NCBI GenBank assembly: GCA_038247415.1
Contig: JBBRUX010000011.1
Span: 28,199 to 92,198 of the forward strand
DNA: 64,000 nucleotides
Source of the DNA: Chitinivibrionales bacterium
GTDB taxonomy: Bacteria; Fibrobacterota; Chitinivibrionia; Chitinivibrionales; WJKA01
Reading direction: 5' to 3'
Below, piece by piece: positions 9,619 to 20,693 of the stretch (position 1 is the stretch's first letter; every line of letters starts with the position of its first letter). The position numbers and the translations under genes are program-made. The notes below the pieces were generated by a model. It searched no databases. It was not told the origin of the DNA and worked only from the letters and a program-made list of their open reading frames with translations.

Positions 9619-10350
9619 ATGCCTCACGATAATCAAAGTCGCGCCGGATCTGATGTTCAACAAAGCCTCATTCACCTCATTTCCGCTGTTGTTGAAGATG
9701 AATTTAACGGTTTAAAGGGAGCACTAAAAGTTCTTGAATCATCAATCTTGGCAAAGATCGATGAAATCGATAAAAAGACCACAAAAAGTGCTGACGCCCT
9801 TAAAAAAGACCTTATGGGTCGAATCGAAGAGATCGCCTCTGCCGGACAAAAGATGCAATCAGAGCTTTCAACAGCCCAAAAAAGCCTCGATAACCGCATG
9901 AGCGCCTCACAAAAAGAATTCTCGGAAAAAACAGTAAAAGATCATCAGCAACTCGATGCTACCGTCGAAAAAATTCATCAAGATGTTATTAATGAAATGG
10001 CCTTTGCGCAAACTCGCATCGACCAGCAGCTTGCAAGCTTGCGCACATCACTACAAAACGATGGTGCTCAAATACAATTTCAAGCAAACGAAATCAAGCG
10101 CATTTCGACAGTCCTTGGTGGTTTCGCTCGGATTTTCTCCGATCCTGCGGCTCCGACCCCTACAGCCGCCCAACCAGCTGCTCCTGCGCCACAACCGGTT
10201 CCAGCCTCGGTAGCAAAGCCGATTATGATGCCAACTGACTCTGGTAAAAAAGAAGCAGCAAAACAAGCAAAGGTTCCCGAAAGCGATTTGCCTAGTTCTC
10301 ACGACCTTTCAAACCAGATCGATTCGATTTTTAATATCGAAGACAAATAA
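9619..10350 (+). CDS. Hypothetical coiled-coil protein with Pro/Ala-rich linker
   Basis: AAGGAG RBS, long helical heptad-like region, PAAPTPTAAQPAAPAPQP linker and a short acidic C-terminal helix. Confidence 0.7.
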   Translation: MPHDNQSRAGSDVQQSLIHLISAVVEDEFNGLKGALKVLESSILAKIDEIDKKTTKSADALKKDLMGRIEEIASAGQKMQSELSTAQKSLDNRMSASQKEFSEKTVKDHQQLDATVEKIHQDVINEMAFAQTRIDQQLASLRTSLQNDGAQIQFQANEIKRISTVLGGFARIFSDPAAPTPTAAQPAAPAPQPVPASVAKPIMMPTDSGKKEAAKQAKVPESDLPSSHDLSNQIDSIFNIEDK

Positions 10351-10361
10351 GATTCTGCCTC

Positions 10362-10401
10362 ATAATGCTAACACTCATAGTGTTAGCATTATTTGTTTAT
10401 T
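10362..10401 (+). terminator. Probable intrinsic terminator
   Basis: Perfect 14-bp stem ATAATGCTAACACT-cat-AGTGTTAGCATTAT followed by TTGTTTATT, 11 nt after the stop codon. Confidence 0.6.
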
Positions 10402-10565
10402 CTCTTACTGTGATGCCAATCACAAATAATCCTACGAATTCTCTTTTTTTATTGACACACACCACAATCATGTTTATTTATAAGAGTAGTATCTCGAATC
10501 AAGGTTCGCCAGAGTTTAAAGAATGCTCGTTTCTGCACATTATCTTTAACACATGAGGTTGTAGT

Positions 10566-11681
10566 ATGTCCCCTATCAAGACCCTTTTCACTGCATTATT
10601 GCTTTGTGCAACGGTATCTGCCGACAAAATCGCAATCTTCCCAACACAACAAACCAACGCCGACCAGAGCTTTGCCGATGCATTTTGTCAGCTTTTGGCT
10701 AGCAAATACGAAAACATTTCGGGCCAAACCGTCATCCCACCGCAAAAATCAGGGAAGGTATTTGATTCTTTGGGTGACTATTCCAAAGCCGCAACAGCCC
10801 TTGGTGCCGACGAATACATCGAAATTAAAGCTATCGGCCTCTATATTAGCCGCAAAGAAATTATTGGCTACGATTCATCGCGACGCAATGTTCAGATCGT
10901 TATTAGCTCAGATGGCTCTAAAGACAAAGACGAAAAAGATCAGGACATACTCGACAATTCAAAAACTATTGTCACTACCACACGCTATTCCAAAGACGGA
11001 ACCAAAGTTTATCGATCCGAGCTAACGCTCTTAACATATGGCGATATAGAAGAATCTACCGAACGATTTGTGCTCTCTCTTTACAAGAAGCTGCCTATCG
11101 ATCAGGTTCGCGGCATGACAAATGTTACCCGGCGTGAAAGAATGGGCAATAACCAGTTGTTTTCTCAAAAAATTAAAGGTTTTAAATTTGGTGTGATCAT
11201 GCCAACCGTGCTCGGCAAAAAAACTCCCGTCAGCTCCATGCTCACCATTGGATTTCATTACAAGCTCGATTCGGAAAAATGGATGATAGACCTTGGGGCT
11301 GGCGGACGAATCCCAGGCTCTATGCACAACGATTCACTCTTAAGTTACGGGGGTTTTAATGCCGAGCTCGGAATGAATTACTATCTTGTTTCAGATATCT
11401 ATGGCATTTACTTTGGTGGCGGAATAAATCCCTTTATAAACTTCTTTGAATTTAATAACCACCTATTGGGCGTGGCCCCGTATATTCTTCTCGGCTTTAT
11501 CATGCCCCGAAACTCAGCCATGAAGTTTTATGCAGAAATTAAAATTGCTCAACAGGTAATCCCCTTTAGTACAACAGTGTTTGACACATCAACTGGTACA
11601 TACCCAACGTATAATTATGCGAAGCCAGGCCCACGGGTATACCCAACCGAACTAGGAATTTCTTTTGGAATTGGGTGGTAA
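10566..11681 (+). CDS. Exported protein: CsgG/FlgO-like N-domain plus C-terminal outer-membrane beta-barrel
   Basis: Signal peptide (ATVSA|D), AATALGADEYI motif, alternating amphipathic strands and terminal aromatic residue (GISFGIGW). Confidence 0.6.
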   Translation: MSPIKTLFTALLLCATVSADKIAIFPTQQTNADQSFADAFCQLLASKYENISGQTVIPPQKSGKVFDSLGDYSKAATALGADEYIEIKAIGLYISRKEIIGYDSSRRNVQIVISSDGSKDKDEKDQDILDNSKTIVTTTRYSKDGTKVYRSELTLLTYGDIEESTERFVLSLYKKLPIDQVRGMTNVTRRERMGNNQLFSQKIKGFKFGVIMPTVLGKKTPVSSMLTIGFHYKLDSEKWMIDLGAGGRIPGSMHNDSLLSYGGFNAELGMNYYLVSDIYGIYFGGGINPFINFFEFNNHLLGVAPYILLGFIMPRNSAMKFYAEIKIAQQVIPFSTTVFDTSTGTYPTYNYAKPGPRVYPTELGISFGIGW

Positions 11682-11931
11682 GCGTCTAACTTGTCAATAA
11701 AAAAGATTAACATATGCAATTTTATTGATCATTCTTTAGGTTCATTGACAGTCCCAAAGTAGGCACAAACTCTAAAGCCCAAGGTAGACGGGCGTAAAAC
11801 GATTCTTGTGCCTTAAAAAAAAAATTACTTTTTTTTGCATTTTTTCTTGCGTGACTAAAGTGCAATAATCTTTATTAATACTACTTACTTTTTACGTGTC
11901 TTTTTTATTTTTACCAACTCAAGGAGGCTTT

Positions 11932-12252
11932 ATGGCACTCACCCAGTCACAGATCATCGAGAAACTTGCTGGACTCGATGAAGCTTTTACCAAGAAGCAG
12001 GTTAAGCTTCTTCTCGAAGGTCTTGCTGATCTGGCTTATAAAGAAGCTAAGAATGGTTTTACCATTCCTGGCCTTGGCAAGCTCGTTCTCGTCAAGAGAG
12101 CAGCACGCATGGGACGTAATCCTGCAACTGGCGAAACAATCAAGATTCCTGCTAAAACAGTTCTTAAGTTCCGCGTTGCGAAAGCAGCAAAGGATGCAGT
12201 TGTTGGAACTCCAGTAGCAAAGAAACCAGCAGTTAAGGCAAAGAAAAAGTAA
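11932..12252 (+). CDS. hup: HU family histone-like DNA-binding protein
   Basis: IPGLGKL...RAARMGRNPATGETIKIPAK..KF signature, AAGGAGG RBS and a Lys/Ala-rich tail. Confidence 0.93.
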   Translation: MALTQSQIIEKLAGLDEAFTKKQVKLLLEGLADLAYKEAKNGFTIPGLGKLVLVKRAARMGRNPATGETIKIPAKTVLKFRVAKAAKDAVVGTPVAKKPAVKAKKK

Positions 12253-12272
12253 TTTTTCTTTCTTAGTCTTAT

Positions 12273-12307
12273 AAAAAAAGGCGGTGCACGTGTGCATCGC
12301 CTTTTTT
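12273..12307. terminator. Bidirectional intrinsic terminator between hup and glnS
   Basis: AAAAAAAGGCGGTGCAC-gt-GTGCATCGCCTTTTTT, with A/T tracts on both sides, between convergent genes. Confidence 0.8.
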
Positions 12308-12356
12308 ATGCGTACAACGCATTAATCCGCTTGCTACTGCGGTACCACTGCAAAAC

Positions 12357-14057
12357 TTACATCGCACTACGCTGTTCTATACGAGCCCACGAGTCTTTAA
12401 GCGTTACAGTACGATTAAAAATTGGAGCGCCTTCTTTAGACTCTAAAGGATCGGCAAAGAAATAGCCAACACGTTCAAATTGAAACGATTCACCACCTCG
12501 AGCAAATGCCACACGTGGCTCAGCTTTGCACGTATTTGTAACACTAAGCGACGATGGATTAAGAACCGATAGATAATCTGTTGCGTCGGGATTTTCCTGC
12601 GTAAACAGCCTATCATACATGCGTATCGGCACGGAAATGGCATGTTGCGCCGAAACCCAATGAATAGTAGCCTTAGGTGATCGACCATCGGGAGCCTGCC
12701 CGCCTTTGGTTTGCGGGTCGTACGTTGCGTGAATCTCTAAAACAGCACCCGTTGCTGGATCGGTAACAACGGATGTTGCTGTAATAAAATACCCATACCG
12801 CAGCCGAACCTCTTTGCCAATAGAAAGTCGGTAATATTTCTTTGGTGGATCGAGGCGAAAATCATCATGCTCAATATAAAGCTCACGCGAAAAAGGAATC
12901 TGCCGAGTTCCATCTGCTGGATTCTCTGGATTATTGACCGCGGTAAGCTCTTCGACAACACCTTGCGGATAGTTGTCGATAATAACTTTTACCGGGTTAA
13001 GCACCACTTGCACCCTTTTTGCACGCTTATTTAAATCTTCCCGTATGCAATGTTCTAGCAAGGCAACATCAACCACAGAATCGCGCTTAGCAACCCCAAT
13101 GCGTTCTGCAAAATCAGCAATCGCGGCAGATGTATACCCTCTGCGTCGAAGCCCTGCAATGGTCGGCAAGCGAGGATCATCCCAGCCATCGACATGCTTT
13201 TTTTGCACAAGTTCTAAAAGTTTACGCTTGCTCATAACGGTATACGACAAATTAAGCCGGGCAAATTCTATCTGACGTGGATGATGAATTGGTAACTGAT
13301 CGAGAAACCAATCGTACAAGGGTCGATGATCTTCGTATTCGAGCGAACAGAGCGAGTGCGTCACGCCTTCGATAGAATCTTCGAGTCCATGAGCCCAGTC
13401 GTACATAGGATATACGTTCCAACGGGTTCCCTGTCGATGATGCGGCTGTTTAATAATGCGATACATAACCGGATCACGCATATTGATATTTGGCGACCCC
13501 ATATCGATCTTAGCTCGCAACGTGCGGGTTCCTTCTGCAAATTCTCCTGCTTGCATCCGTTCAAAAAGATCCAGATTTTCGTCAACTGTTCTGCTGCGAT
13601 AGGGACTATCTTTTCCCTTTTCGGTAAGTGTACCGCGATACGCCCTAATTTCATCTGCCGACAAATCGCACACATACGCCTTCGAAGCCTTGACAAGCTC
13701 GAGTGTCCAGGAATAGATACGATCGAAATAATCGGAAGCATAAAAAAGGTTGTTTTTAAAATCACAGCCAAGCCATTTTACATCCTCGATAATTGCCTTG
13801 ACATATTCGTCTTCCTCTTTACTCGGATTAGTATCATCAAACCGAAGATTGAACTGTCCACCAAATTCACATGCCATGCCATAATCGATATGCAGTGCTT
13901 TTGCATGCCCGATATGCAGGTGGCCATTTGGCTCGGGAGGGAACCGCGTAATAACCTTAGTGCATTTCCCCTCTTTAAGATCGGCCACTATTGCTTCATG
14001 AATAAAATTTGACGAAGCACCCGACGCAATCGAACCATTTTCTGGAAGTAACGACAT
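12357..14057 (-). CDS. glnS: Glutamine--tRNA ligase
   Basis: [40 protein letters not shown] and FQFERVGYF. Confidence 0.97.
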   Translation of the reverse strand: MSLLPENGSIASGASSNFIHEAIVADLKEGKCTKVITRFPPEPNGHLHIGHAKALHIDYGMACEFGGQFNLRFDDTNPSKEEDEYVKAIIEDVKWLGCDFKNNLFYASDYFDRIYSWTLELVKASKAYVCDLSADEIRAYRGTLTEKGKDSPYRSRTVDENLDLFERMQAGEFAEGTRTLRAKIDMGSPNINMRDPVMYRIIKQPHHRQGTRWNVYPMYDWAHGLEDSIEGVTHSLCSLEYEDHRPLYDWFLDQLPIHHPRQIEFARLNLSYTVMSKRKLLELVQKKHVDGWDDPRLPTIAGLRRRGYTSAAIADFAERIGVAKRDSVVDVALLEHCIREDLNKRAKRVQVVLNPVKVIIDNYPQGVVEELTAVNNPENPADGTRQIPFSRELYIEHDDFRLDPPKKYYRLSIGKEVRLRYGYFITATSVVTDPATGAVLEIHATYDPQTKGGQAPDGRSPKATIHWVSAQHAISVPIRMYDRLFTQENPDATDYLSVLNPSSLSVTNTCKAEPRVAFARGGESFQFERVGYFFADPLESKEGAPIFNRTVTLKDSWARIEQRSAM

Positions 14058-14139
14058 GACTATTCCTTATATAACTATGTATAAACGCCCATTCTAAATG
14101 GGCAGATCCACCTTATTATCGGTAACAAACTCTTTCGAG

Positions 14140-15630
14140 TCAAGACTCTGTGCGTGTTGCAACGGCATTCTGGATAAAAGCAATCGCTGTTTGCAGACGC
14201 GAACAGACCTGCTCTTTTCCCAACACTTCCAAAAGCTCAAAGAGCCCAGGACCAAAACTCACGCCACTTACTGCAAGTCGTGTTGGATGAATTAATACCC
14301 CAAAAGCAATGCCCAACGAATCTCCATAATTTTTATAGAGAGCCTCTAAAGCAGCATGCTCAAACGATTCTGCCTTTGAAAGTAGCTCACAAAGATCGGC
14401 AAGTATTTTAATGGCATCAGGAACAAAATATTTTCTGACCGCTTTTTCTTCGTACTGTACAGGCGCAATAAAAAAGTATGTTGCAGACTCCACCATGTCC
14501 ACAATTTTCTTGGAGCGCTCTTTAAGAAGATCAATAACCTTGACAAGAGTGGTGTCAGAAACCGGGGTAGCGTTAGGTACCCAACCCTTTTGCTTCCAAA
14601 AAGGAACAACCAATTCTGCCAGCGATATGCTTGTTCGCTCCCGCATATAAAGGCCGTTCATCCATTCGAGTTTTTTCTCGTCGAATACAGATGCCTTAGG
14701 TGATACTTGACCCAAAGAAAAAACTGATATCAGCTCTTCCTGTGAAAGTTTTTCTCGTTCATCTCCGTCCCCAAGCGACCACCCTAAAAGCGCAAGAAAA
14801 TTAAAAAGCGCCTCGGGAAGATACCCTTGATTTTTATAATCCAGAACCGATGCCGCGCCTTTTCGTTTAGAGAGCTTTCCGCCATCGGCAGATAAAATCA
14901 CGGGCATATGCGCAAAAATAGGAGGTGTCCAACCAAAAGCTTCATATAGCAAAACATGCCGTGGCGTTGAGGCAATCCACTCATCACCCCGCAAAACATG
15001 AGAAATTTCCATTGCATGATCGTCAACGACGTTGGCAAGATGATACGTCGGAAAACCATCTGTTTTCATGAGAACCAGATCATCCAGCACAGCACTTTTA
15101 TATTCGATAGCACCCCGTATGAGGTCGTTAAAAGCCACAACCCTATCCTGCGGGATTTTTAGCCGAATGATATGGGGTGTGTTTTCTGCAAGCAAACGCG
15201 CACTTTCTTGTGCAGGCAGATTTCTGCACTGTTTGTCGTAGCCTGGATCGAGTTTGTTTTTTTCTTGGTAATTCCGGAGTTCCTCAAGACGTTGCGGTGT
15301 ACAAAAACATCGATATGCATGGCCAGATTCTAAAAGCTGCTGTGCATGTTTTCGGTAGAGGTCAACTCGCTCCGATTGAACATACGACCCATAGGCGCCA
15401 CCAACATCGGGACCTTCGTCCCACGTAATGCCAAGCCATTGAAGACTTTCGTAGATTTCTTTGCAGGCATCTTCTTGGTAGCGACTTCGATCGGTATCCT
15501 CTATGCGAAGAATAAAAGTTCCACCCATGCGTTTGGCAAAGAGGTAATTAAAAAGTGCAGTGCGCGCACCACCAACATGAAGATATCCTGTTGGGGACGG
15601 GGCAAATCGAACTCGAATCGAAGACCTCAT
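14140..15630 (-). CDS. gltX: Glutamate--tRNA ligase
   Basis: RVRFAPSPTGYLHVGGARTAL, RIEDTD, KLSKR and LFNFLALLGW. Confidence 0.97.
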   Translation of the reverse strand: MRSSIRVRFAPSPTGYLHVGGARTALFNYLFAKRMGGTFILRIEDTDRSRYQEDACKEIYESLQWLGITWDEGPDVGGAYGSYVQSERVDLYRKHAQQLLESGHAYRCFCTPQRLEELRNYQEKNKLDPGYDKQCRNLPAQESARLLAENTPHIIRLKIPQDRVVAFNDLIRGAIEYKSAVLDDLVLMKTDGFPTYHLANVVDDHAMEISHVLRGDEWIASTPRHVLLYEAFGWTPPIFAHMPVILSADGGKLSKRKGAASVLDYKNQGYLPEALFNFLALLGWSLGDGDEREKLSQEELISVFSLGQVSPKASVFDEKKLEWMNGLYMRERTSISLAELVVPFWKQKGWVPNATPVSDTTLVKVIDLLKERSKKIVDMVESATYFFIAPVQYEEKAVRKYFVPDAIKILADLCELLSKAESFEHAALEALYKNYGDSLGIAFGVLIHPTRLAVSGVSFGPGLFELLEVLGKEQVCSRLQTAIAFIQNAVATRTES

Positions 15631-15873
15631 GCGTGCTCCCTTTGAAAATTAAATAATTTTTAAAAATACGTTATGCAGCACCAAAGCTCCTAGCGAGAAA
15701 CTCAGGCGCCCCTTGCTCAGCGTAATAAATCATTTAACTTGTTCATAATGAACATGATGTAACAATGAGCGATCCCGTATAAAAATAACAAACATATTGC
15801 CAAAAATGTGCGCAAAACGTATGATCAATAATAAGCATTCGCCAAAAACTGCTCTATCAACAGGACATATGAT

Positions 15874-18800
15874 ATGCGTATTCGAATAGTTTGCTGTGTA
15901 TTCGTTTTTCTAACGGCACAACTCTTTGCTGCACAAACACCACCCACCCCGGGGACATCATCAACGTATAGCAAACGAATACTTTTCTGCAGGCCTGCCG
16001 ATGTCTCTGCAAAGCAAGGTCAGGGGCTTTTTTTTGGAGCACTTTCCACAGAATATTTACAATTCAGACTCTCCGCGATTAGTTCTTGCACTGTTATCCC
16101 CACACAGAGCGTTATTGCCGCCTATGCGCCTTATGCAAACATTGCTGCCGAAATATCCGACGAAGAGTATTCCCGCATAGCCACCTCCCTTAAAGCAGAT
16201 TATATTATTGCTCAAAAATGCGAAGTAAGTAATGCCGATAAAAATGTTTCATTTTATCTCGAAATAAGCCAAGTGGGCCATGCAGGATCCACAAAATCAA
16301 TAGAACGGTCCTTTCTGCTTGCCGATGCAGGACAAAACCTCGACTCGTGCATGTTAAGCCTCACAACCATTTTAGGCACTCCCATTCTACCCCAGCTCGA
16401 ACGTTTTTTCAAGATGCCTGTTTTATCGCAAGACCCAAAAAACCTGCGAACACTGGGTGAAATCATACTTGCCGATCAGTATATTCACGACACGCGCAAT
16501 GGCGACATTAGTACTCAATATGCTGCTCTTGTAGCCTTAGACGTACGCATGGATTTGGGATATTATCTTGGCGCAGCAGCCTATATGCACGAAAAAAAAT
16601 ATCGTAAAGCAGCCGATTATTATAAACACCTTTACGATATCATTCCAGAATACTTTCCTATTTATTTCAAACTAGTAAACGCCTTGCGCTTAGGACGAGA
16701 TTTTACAGAAGCGGCTGAATTTGGGAAAACAGGTCTTGGCCGCAATCCGCGATCGGTAGAACTGCTTGCAGAACTTGCCGCGACCTACGAAGCAATGGGA
16801 AGAAATGTCAATGCAGAAGATGCTTTTCGACAAATGCTCACCATCGATTCCCACAACCTTCAAGCGCTGCTCTTTTTTGCCCATACCCAAAATAGTCGGA
16901 ATAAGCCAGAAGAAGCCATTGCCTATGCCGATGCGGTGTTAAACATTGACAGTACTCAGAGCATCGCGTGGACAGAAAAAGGCAACGCTCTTTTTACTCA
17001 AAGTAAACTTGCGCAAGCTATCCCTTGCTTAGAAAAAGCTATAGCGCTCGACAACAACGCTCCACAACCTCGGCTATTGCTGGGCGATATCTTCGTAACC
17101 ACAAAAGAATATGCAAAAGCTGCAACACAATTTAATGCTGCTGCACTTGCATCTCCTAATGATGTAGACATCCAGCTTAAAGCTGCGAACGCAAATAGCC
17201 TTGCAGGTGAAATTCCCAAAGCAGTTCTCGCCCTTAAAGCAGTGGAAGGCCGATTCGCCACAAACATGGTGCTCAAAAAAGAATTAGGACTTTTAGAACT
17301 TGCCAAAGGCGACACCACTGCCGCACAAGCACACCTTGAAACTGCTCTCGCGGATCAAAAATCCGACTTTCGTCTCCTCATGGCATTAGGAAATATTTAC
17401 ACTGCTAAAAAATCCTACGATAATGCTCTGCGCATGTACAATCAAAGCATGCCCCTTATTACCGATAAAAATGCCTGCCGGATTGCCTTGGCAAATCTTG
17501 CTCTTATCCAAAAAGATGTCCCGCGCGCCCAGTCGCAGCTCAATGAAATTGCTCACAATGCTCCCGATTATCTAAAAGTAAACGAATTCAAAGGCGAGTG
17601 TGCACTACTCGGAGGTAATAAGAGTGCTGCTTTGCCCCTTTTTCTACGTGAGCGAGAAGTGCATGGAACCAATCGAGGCCTTGCACAAAACATAACCTGG
17701 CTCTACTTCGATGCAAAAAACTGGAAGCAAACAGACATCGAAGCGCGCGCGCTCCTCAAAATCGATCCTACAAATGCCGAAGCCCTCTTTCGCTTTGGAA
17801 CAGCACTTATGCAGCTTGGTAACGCACCTGAGGGATCTTCGGCCATTGCCAAAGCACGACAAACTGCAAAGCCATCTGCCGCCCTTGCCTTTGAAATTGG
17901 TCGTGGACATGCTTTCGTCGAACAATTTGACAACGCAATAAGCTGCTATCGGGAATGCCTAGCGGCACTTCCCCAGCGCGAAGATGTTTGGCTTGAACTC
18001 TCCGATATGCTCATTGCCACAAAGCAAGATTCCGCAGCTGCAGAAGCATATCTCCACCTCTTTACTTTTAACCCATCGCTTTACAAAGATAAACTTGCCG
18101 ATGCAGGACACATTTTTAATCGGCTTGGAAATAAAACCTCGGCTCGCTCTGCCTACATCCTTTTTCTTGATACTAAATTTAAAAATCCTCAGGTTAATGT
18201 CAACCTGGCAAGCATTGAATTTGGGCTTAAAAATTATGCCAGGGTCGTGGAACTGCTGCAACCACTTTCTGATGCGGAACTTTCTGAAGAGGCTCAAATT
18301 ATTGCTTTTGCACAATCGTATATTTCACTTGGAAAATTTGCGAACGCAAAAGCACCCATTGCACGAATCCTCAAACGAAATCCTCGCCATATAAAGGCAC
18401 TTGAGCTCTCTGCTCTGTGCAGCGAAAAAACTAACGACTTAACTACTGCAATAACGGTTAATGAACAACTTGTTGATATTGCACCGCCAGAAGTATCGGT
18501 AAACTGCGCCTTTCATGCAGGTGAATTATACGAGAAGTTAGGACGCCGTGACGAAGCAATTGCACGGTATACAAAAAACATCGATAAATTCCCAAGCGAT
18601 GTGCGTAGTTTTGATCGATTGGCAATTATCTATTGTGCAGCCTTCGACTGGACAAAGGCTCAACCTATTTTGCAAAGAGCTCTTGCATTGCCACAAGTCC
18701 CACCGCGCTTATTTAATCTTCTTGCGCAATGCTATACTTCCCGCAGTCAGACAGACAGTTCTATTATCTGGTATCAAAAATATGTAACCTTAGCGCCAAC

Positions 18801-20679
18801 CGATTCTATTGCCTGGGAACGTCTGGGAAAAGCATTCTTTGTAAGTAAAGATTATAAAAAATGCATTGCTCCGCTCAAAATGGCGGTCAAGTTCATGCCA
18901 GCGCATGCAGAAAGCCATATAATGCTTGGAACCGCGTTGCTTGAAAACAACCAATATGCAGATGCCAGCGTATCTCTTCTTGCTGCAAGCGCATTAAAGC
19001 CTACCGATACCGAGATTCTAAGCCTTCTTGCTTCTTGTTATCGGAACCTCAAAGATAAAAATAGCCTCATAACAACGCTTTTGCTGTGGGCTAAACTCGA
19101 TGTACAGTCGTATGATATTCGCATTGAGCTTGCCGGCCTGCTCTTGGGTGCGGGTCGTTATGCAGAATCGGTTCCCATACTACAAGGCGCCGCTGCGATT
19201 AATCCCGAAAGCCCTATTGTTTACAAAATGCTTGCAACTGCATCAGAATTTGTTGCCGACACCAAGGCACGAGGGACCTATCTTGCAAAAGCACTCGAAT
19301 ATTCCCCCCGCGACCCAGATCTTCTGTATCAGCTTGGACGATTTTACCAAAGCGGCAATGAAGTAACAAAGGCAGCAGCATCCTATAAATTGGCAATCGA
19401 CCTAAGCCCTACCCAGAGTGCTGCACGCTATGAATATGGCATGATTCTCTTTGCGCAACAGAAAATGCCCGAATCGCTCGAGTACCTAGAAGCAGCAATG
19501 AGCCTAGAGCCCGACAATGCTCGCTATTGTGCACAGTATGCTCGCGTTGCAATTGGCTTTGGCAATGCTCAAAAGGCACTTGCTGCTGCCACAAAAGCAT
19601 TAGAAAAAAGCCCCAAGGATTTCGTTGTATTGTCAAGTACTGCCATGGTATTTACCGCTGCGGGTCAAACGGTAAAAGCCAAGCAGATATTGCGTAGCGC
19701 GCTCGAGGCAAATGAAAAATGTATCGACTGTTATACAGCCCTTGGCGAGGTTAATACCATCGAAGCTAATTACAAACAGGCAGTAAAAATGCTTATGCGG
19801 GCATGGGAATTAGCGGGATACAACGAGGACATCGTATTTCGACTTGGCTGTGCACTCAGTCACGACAGCAAATTTATCGAAGCGATCGATTTCTTCAAAA
19901 TGGTTCTTTCGAAAAATCCAGCCAGCGATGTCACTCTCTATCAGCTTATTTATATTTATTGTCATAACGGGAATATTGCACTGGCCCAAACCGTGCTCGA
20001 CGCGTTTGAGCGCGATCAGAAAAAATCCTACTGGACTCAGGCAGCTCGTGGCGAAGTTTTCCTTGCCCAAGGAAATCTTGATGGTGCATTTCTTTCTCTT
20101 AATGTGGCAATTCGCCTTTCACCCGATGATCCCCACATTCTCGATGCGCTGGGAAGAACATCTTTGGCAAGTAGGCAATACGATCAAGCAATTGTAAATT
20201 TTGGAAAAGCAATGGCATCCGACCCCAACAATCCCAATTTACTTATTGGACTAGCAAAAGCTTATGAAGGGCAAGGCAACGTGGATGCTGCCCTGGATCT
20301 TGTTGCACCCCTTTTATCACGATTCACCGAAAATACCGAAGCATTTTATACGGCAGCTTGCCTTAAAGCGAAACAAGGTAAACATGCAGAAGCGCTTGCT
20401 TTGGCCAAACAAGGTATTGGCTACACTCCCCTTTCCTCAAACCTTCACATAATTCTTGGCAATGAGCTCGCAGCCACAGGATTATTCCACGATGCAATCG
20501 AAGCCTATGCACAAAGCCTTAAACTCAGTAACAATACTGCTATCGATACCTATCGACTCATTGGTGATGTATATAGAGTAAAATTATCTAACCCGTCTAA
20601 GGCCAAAGAATACTATCAAAAGTATCTCAAGTCTGGCGGGACAAATGGCGAAGTAAAATTATTACTTAAAAGATTATAA
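15874..20679 (+). CDS. Giant exported TPR-repeat protein (1601 aa) with N-terminal TolB-N/CsgG-like domain
   Basis: Signal peptide (QLFA|A) and dozens of roughly 34-aa repeats with the LG..Y...G...A....A...P pattern. Confidence 0.85.
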   Translation: MRIRIVCCVFVFLTAQLFAAQTPPTPGTSSTYSKRILFCRPADVSAKQGQGLFFGALSTEYLQFRLSAISSCTVIPTQSVIAAYAPYANIAAEISDEEYSRIATSLKADYIIAQKCEVSNADKNVSFYLEISQVGHAGSTKSIERSFLLADAGQNLDSCMLSLTTILGTPILPQLERFFKMPVLSQDPKNLRTLGEIILADQYIHDTRNGDISTQYAALVALDVRMDLGYYLGAAAYMHEKKYRKAADYYKHLYDIIPEYFPIYFKLVNALRLGRDFTEAAEFGKTGLGRNPRSVELLAELAATYEAMGRNVNAEDAFRQMLTIDSHNLQALLFFAHTQNSRNKPEEAIAYADAVLNIDSTQSIAWTEKGNALFTQSKLAQAIPCLEKAIALDNNAPQPRLLLGDIFVTTKEYAKAATQFNAAALASPNDVDIQLKAANANSLAGEIPKAVLALKAVEGRFATNMVLKKELGLLELAKGDTTAAQAHLETALADQKSDFRLLMALGNIYTAKKSYDNALRMYNQSMPLITDKNACRIALANLALIQKDVPRAQSQLNEIAHNAPDYLKVNEFKGECALLGGNKSAALPLFLREREVHGTNRGLAQNITWLYFDAKNWKQTDIEARALLKIDPTNAEALFRFGTALMQLGNAPEGSSAIAKARQTAKPSAALAFEIGRGHAFVEQFDNAISCYRECLAALPQREDVWLELSDMLIATKQDSAAAEAYLHLFTFNPSLYKDKLADAGHIFNRLGNKTSARSAYILFLDTKFKNPQVNVNLASIEFGLKNYARVVELLQPLSDAELSEEAQIIAFAQSYISLGKFANAKAPIARILKRNPRHIKALELSALCSEKTNDLTTAITVNEQLVDIAPPEVSVNCAFHAGELYEKLGRRDEAIARYTKNIDKFPSDVRSFDRLAIIYCAAFDWTKAQPILQRALALPQVPPRLFNLLAQCYTSRSQTDSSIIWYQKYVTLAPTDSIAWERLGKAFFVSKDYKKCIAPLKMAVKFMPAHAESHIMLGTALLENNQYADASVSLLAASALKPTDTEILSLLASCYRNLKDKNSLITTLLLWAKLDVQSYDIRIELAGLLLGAGRYAESVPILQGAAAINPESPIVYKMLATASEFVADTKARGTYLAKALEYSPRDPDLLYQLGRFYQSGNEVTKAAASYKLAIDLSPTQSAARYEYGMILFAQQKMPESLEYLEAAMSLEPDNARYCAQYARVAIGFGNAQKALAAATKALEKSPKDFVVLSSTAMVFTAAGQTVKAKQILRSALEANEKCIDCYTALGEVNTIEANYKQAVKMLMRAWELAGYNEDIVFRLGCALSHDSKFIEAIDFFKMVLSKNPASDVTLYQLIYIYCHNGNIALAQTVLDAFERDQKKSYWTQAARGEVFLAQGNLDGAFLSLNVAIRLSPDDPHILDALGRTSLASRQYDQAIVNFGKAMASDPNNPNLLIGLAKAYEGQGNVDAALDLVAPLLSRFTENTEAFYTAACLKAKQGKHAEALALAKQGIGYTPLSSNLHIILGNELAATGLFHDAIEAYAQSLKLSNNTAIDTYRLIGDVYRVKLSNPSKAKEYYQKYLKSGGTNGEVKLLLKRL

Positions 20680-20693
20680 TGGAGGAGGAAAGC

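Noticed and set aside
10362..10392. CIRCE (HrcA) operator
   Set aside because: The arms resemble CIRCE, but the spacer is 3 nt instead of 9 and the element follows a stop codon, which fits a terminator better.
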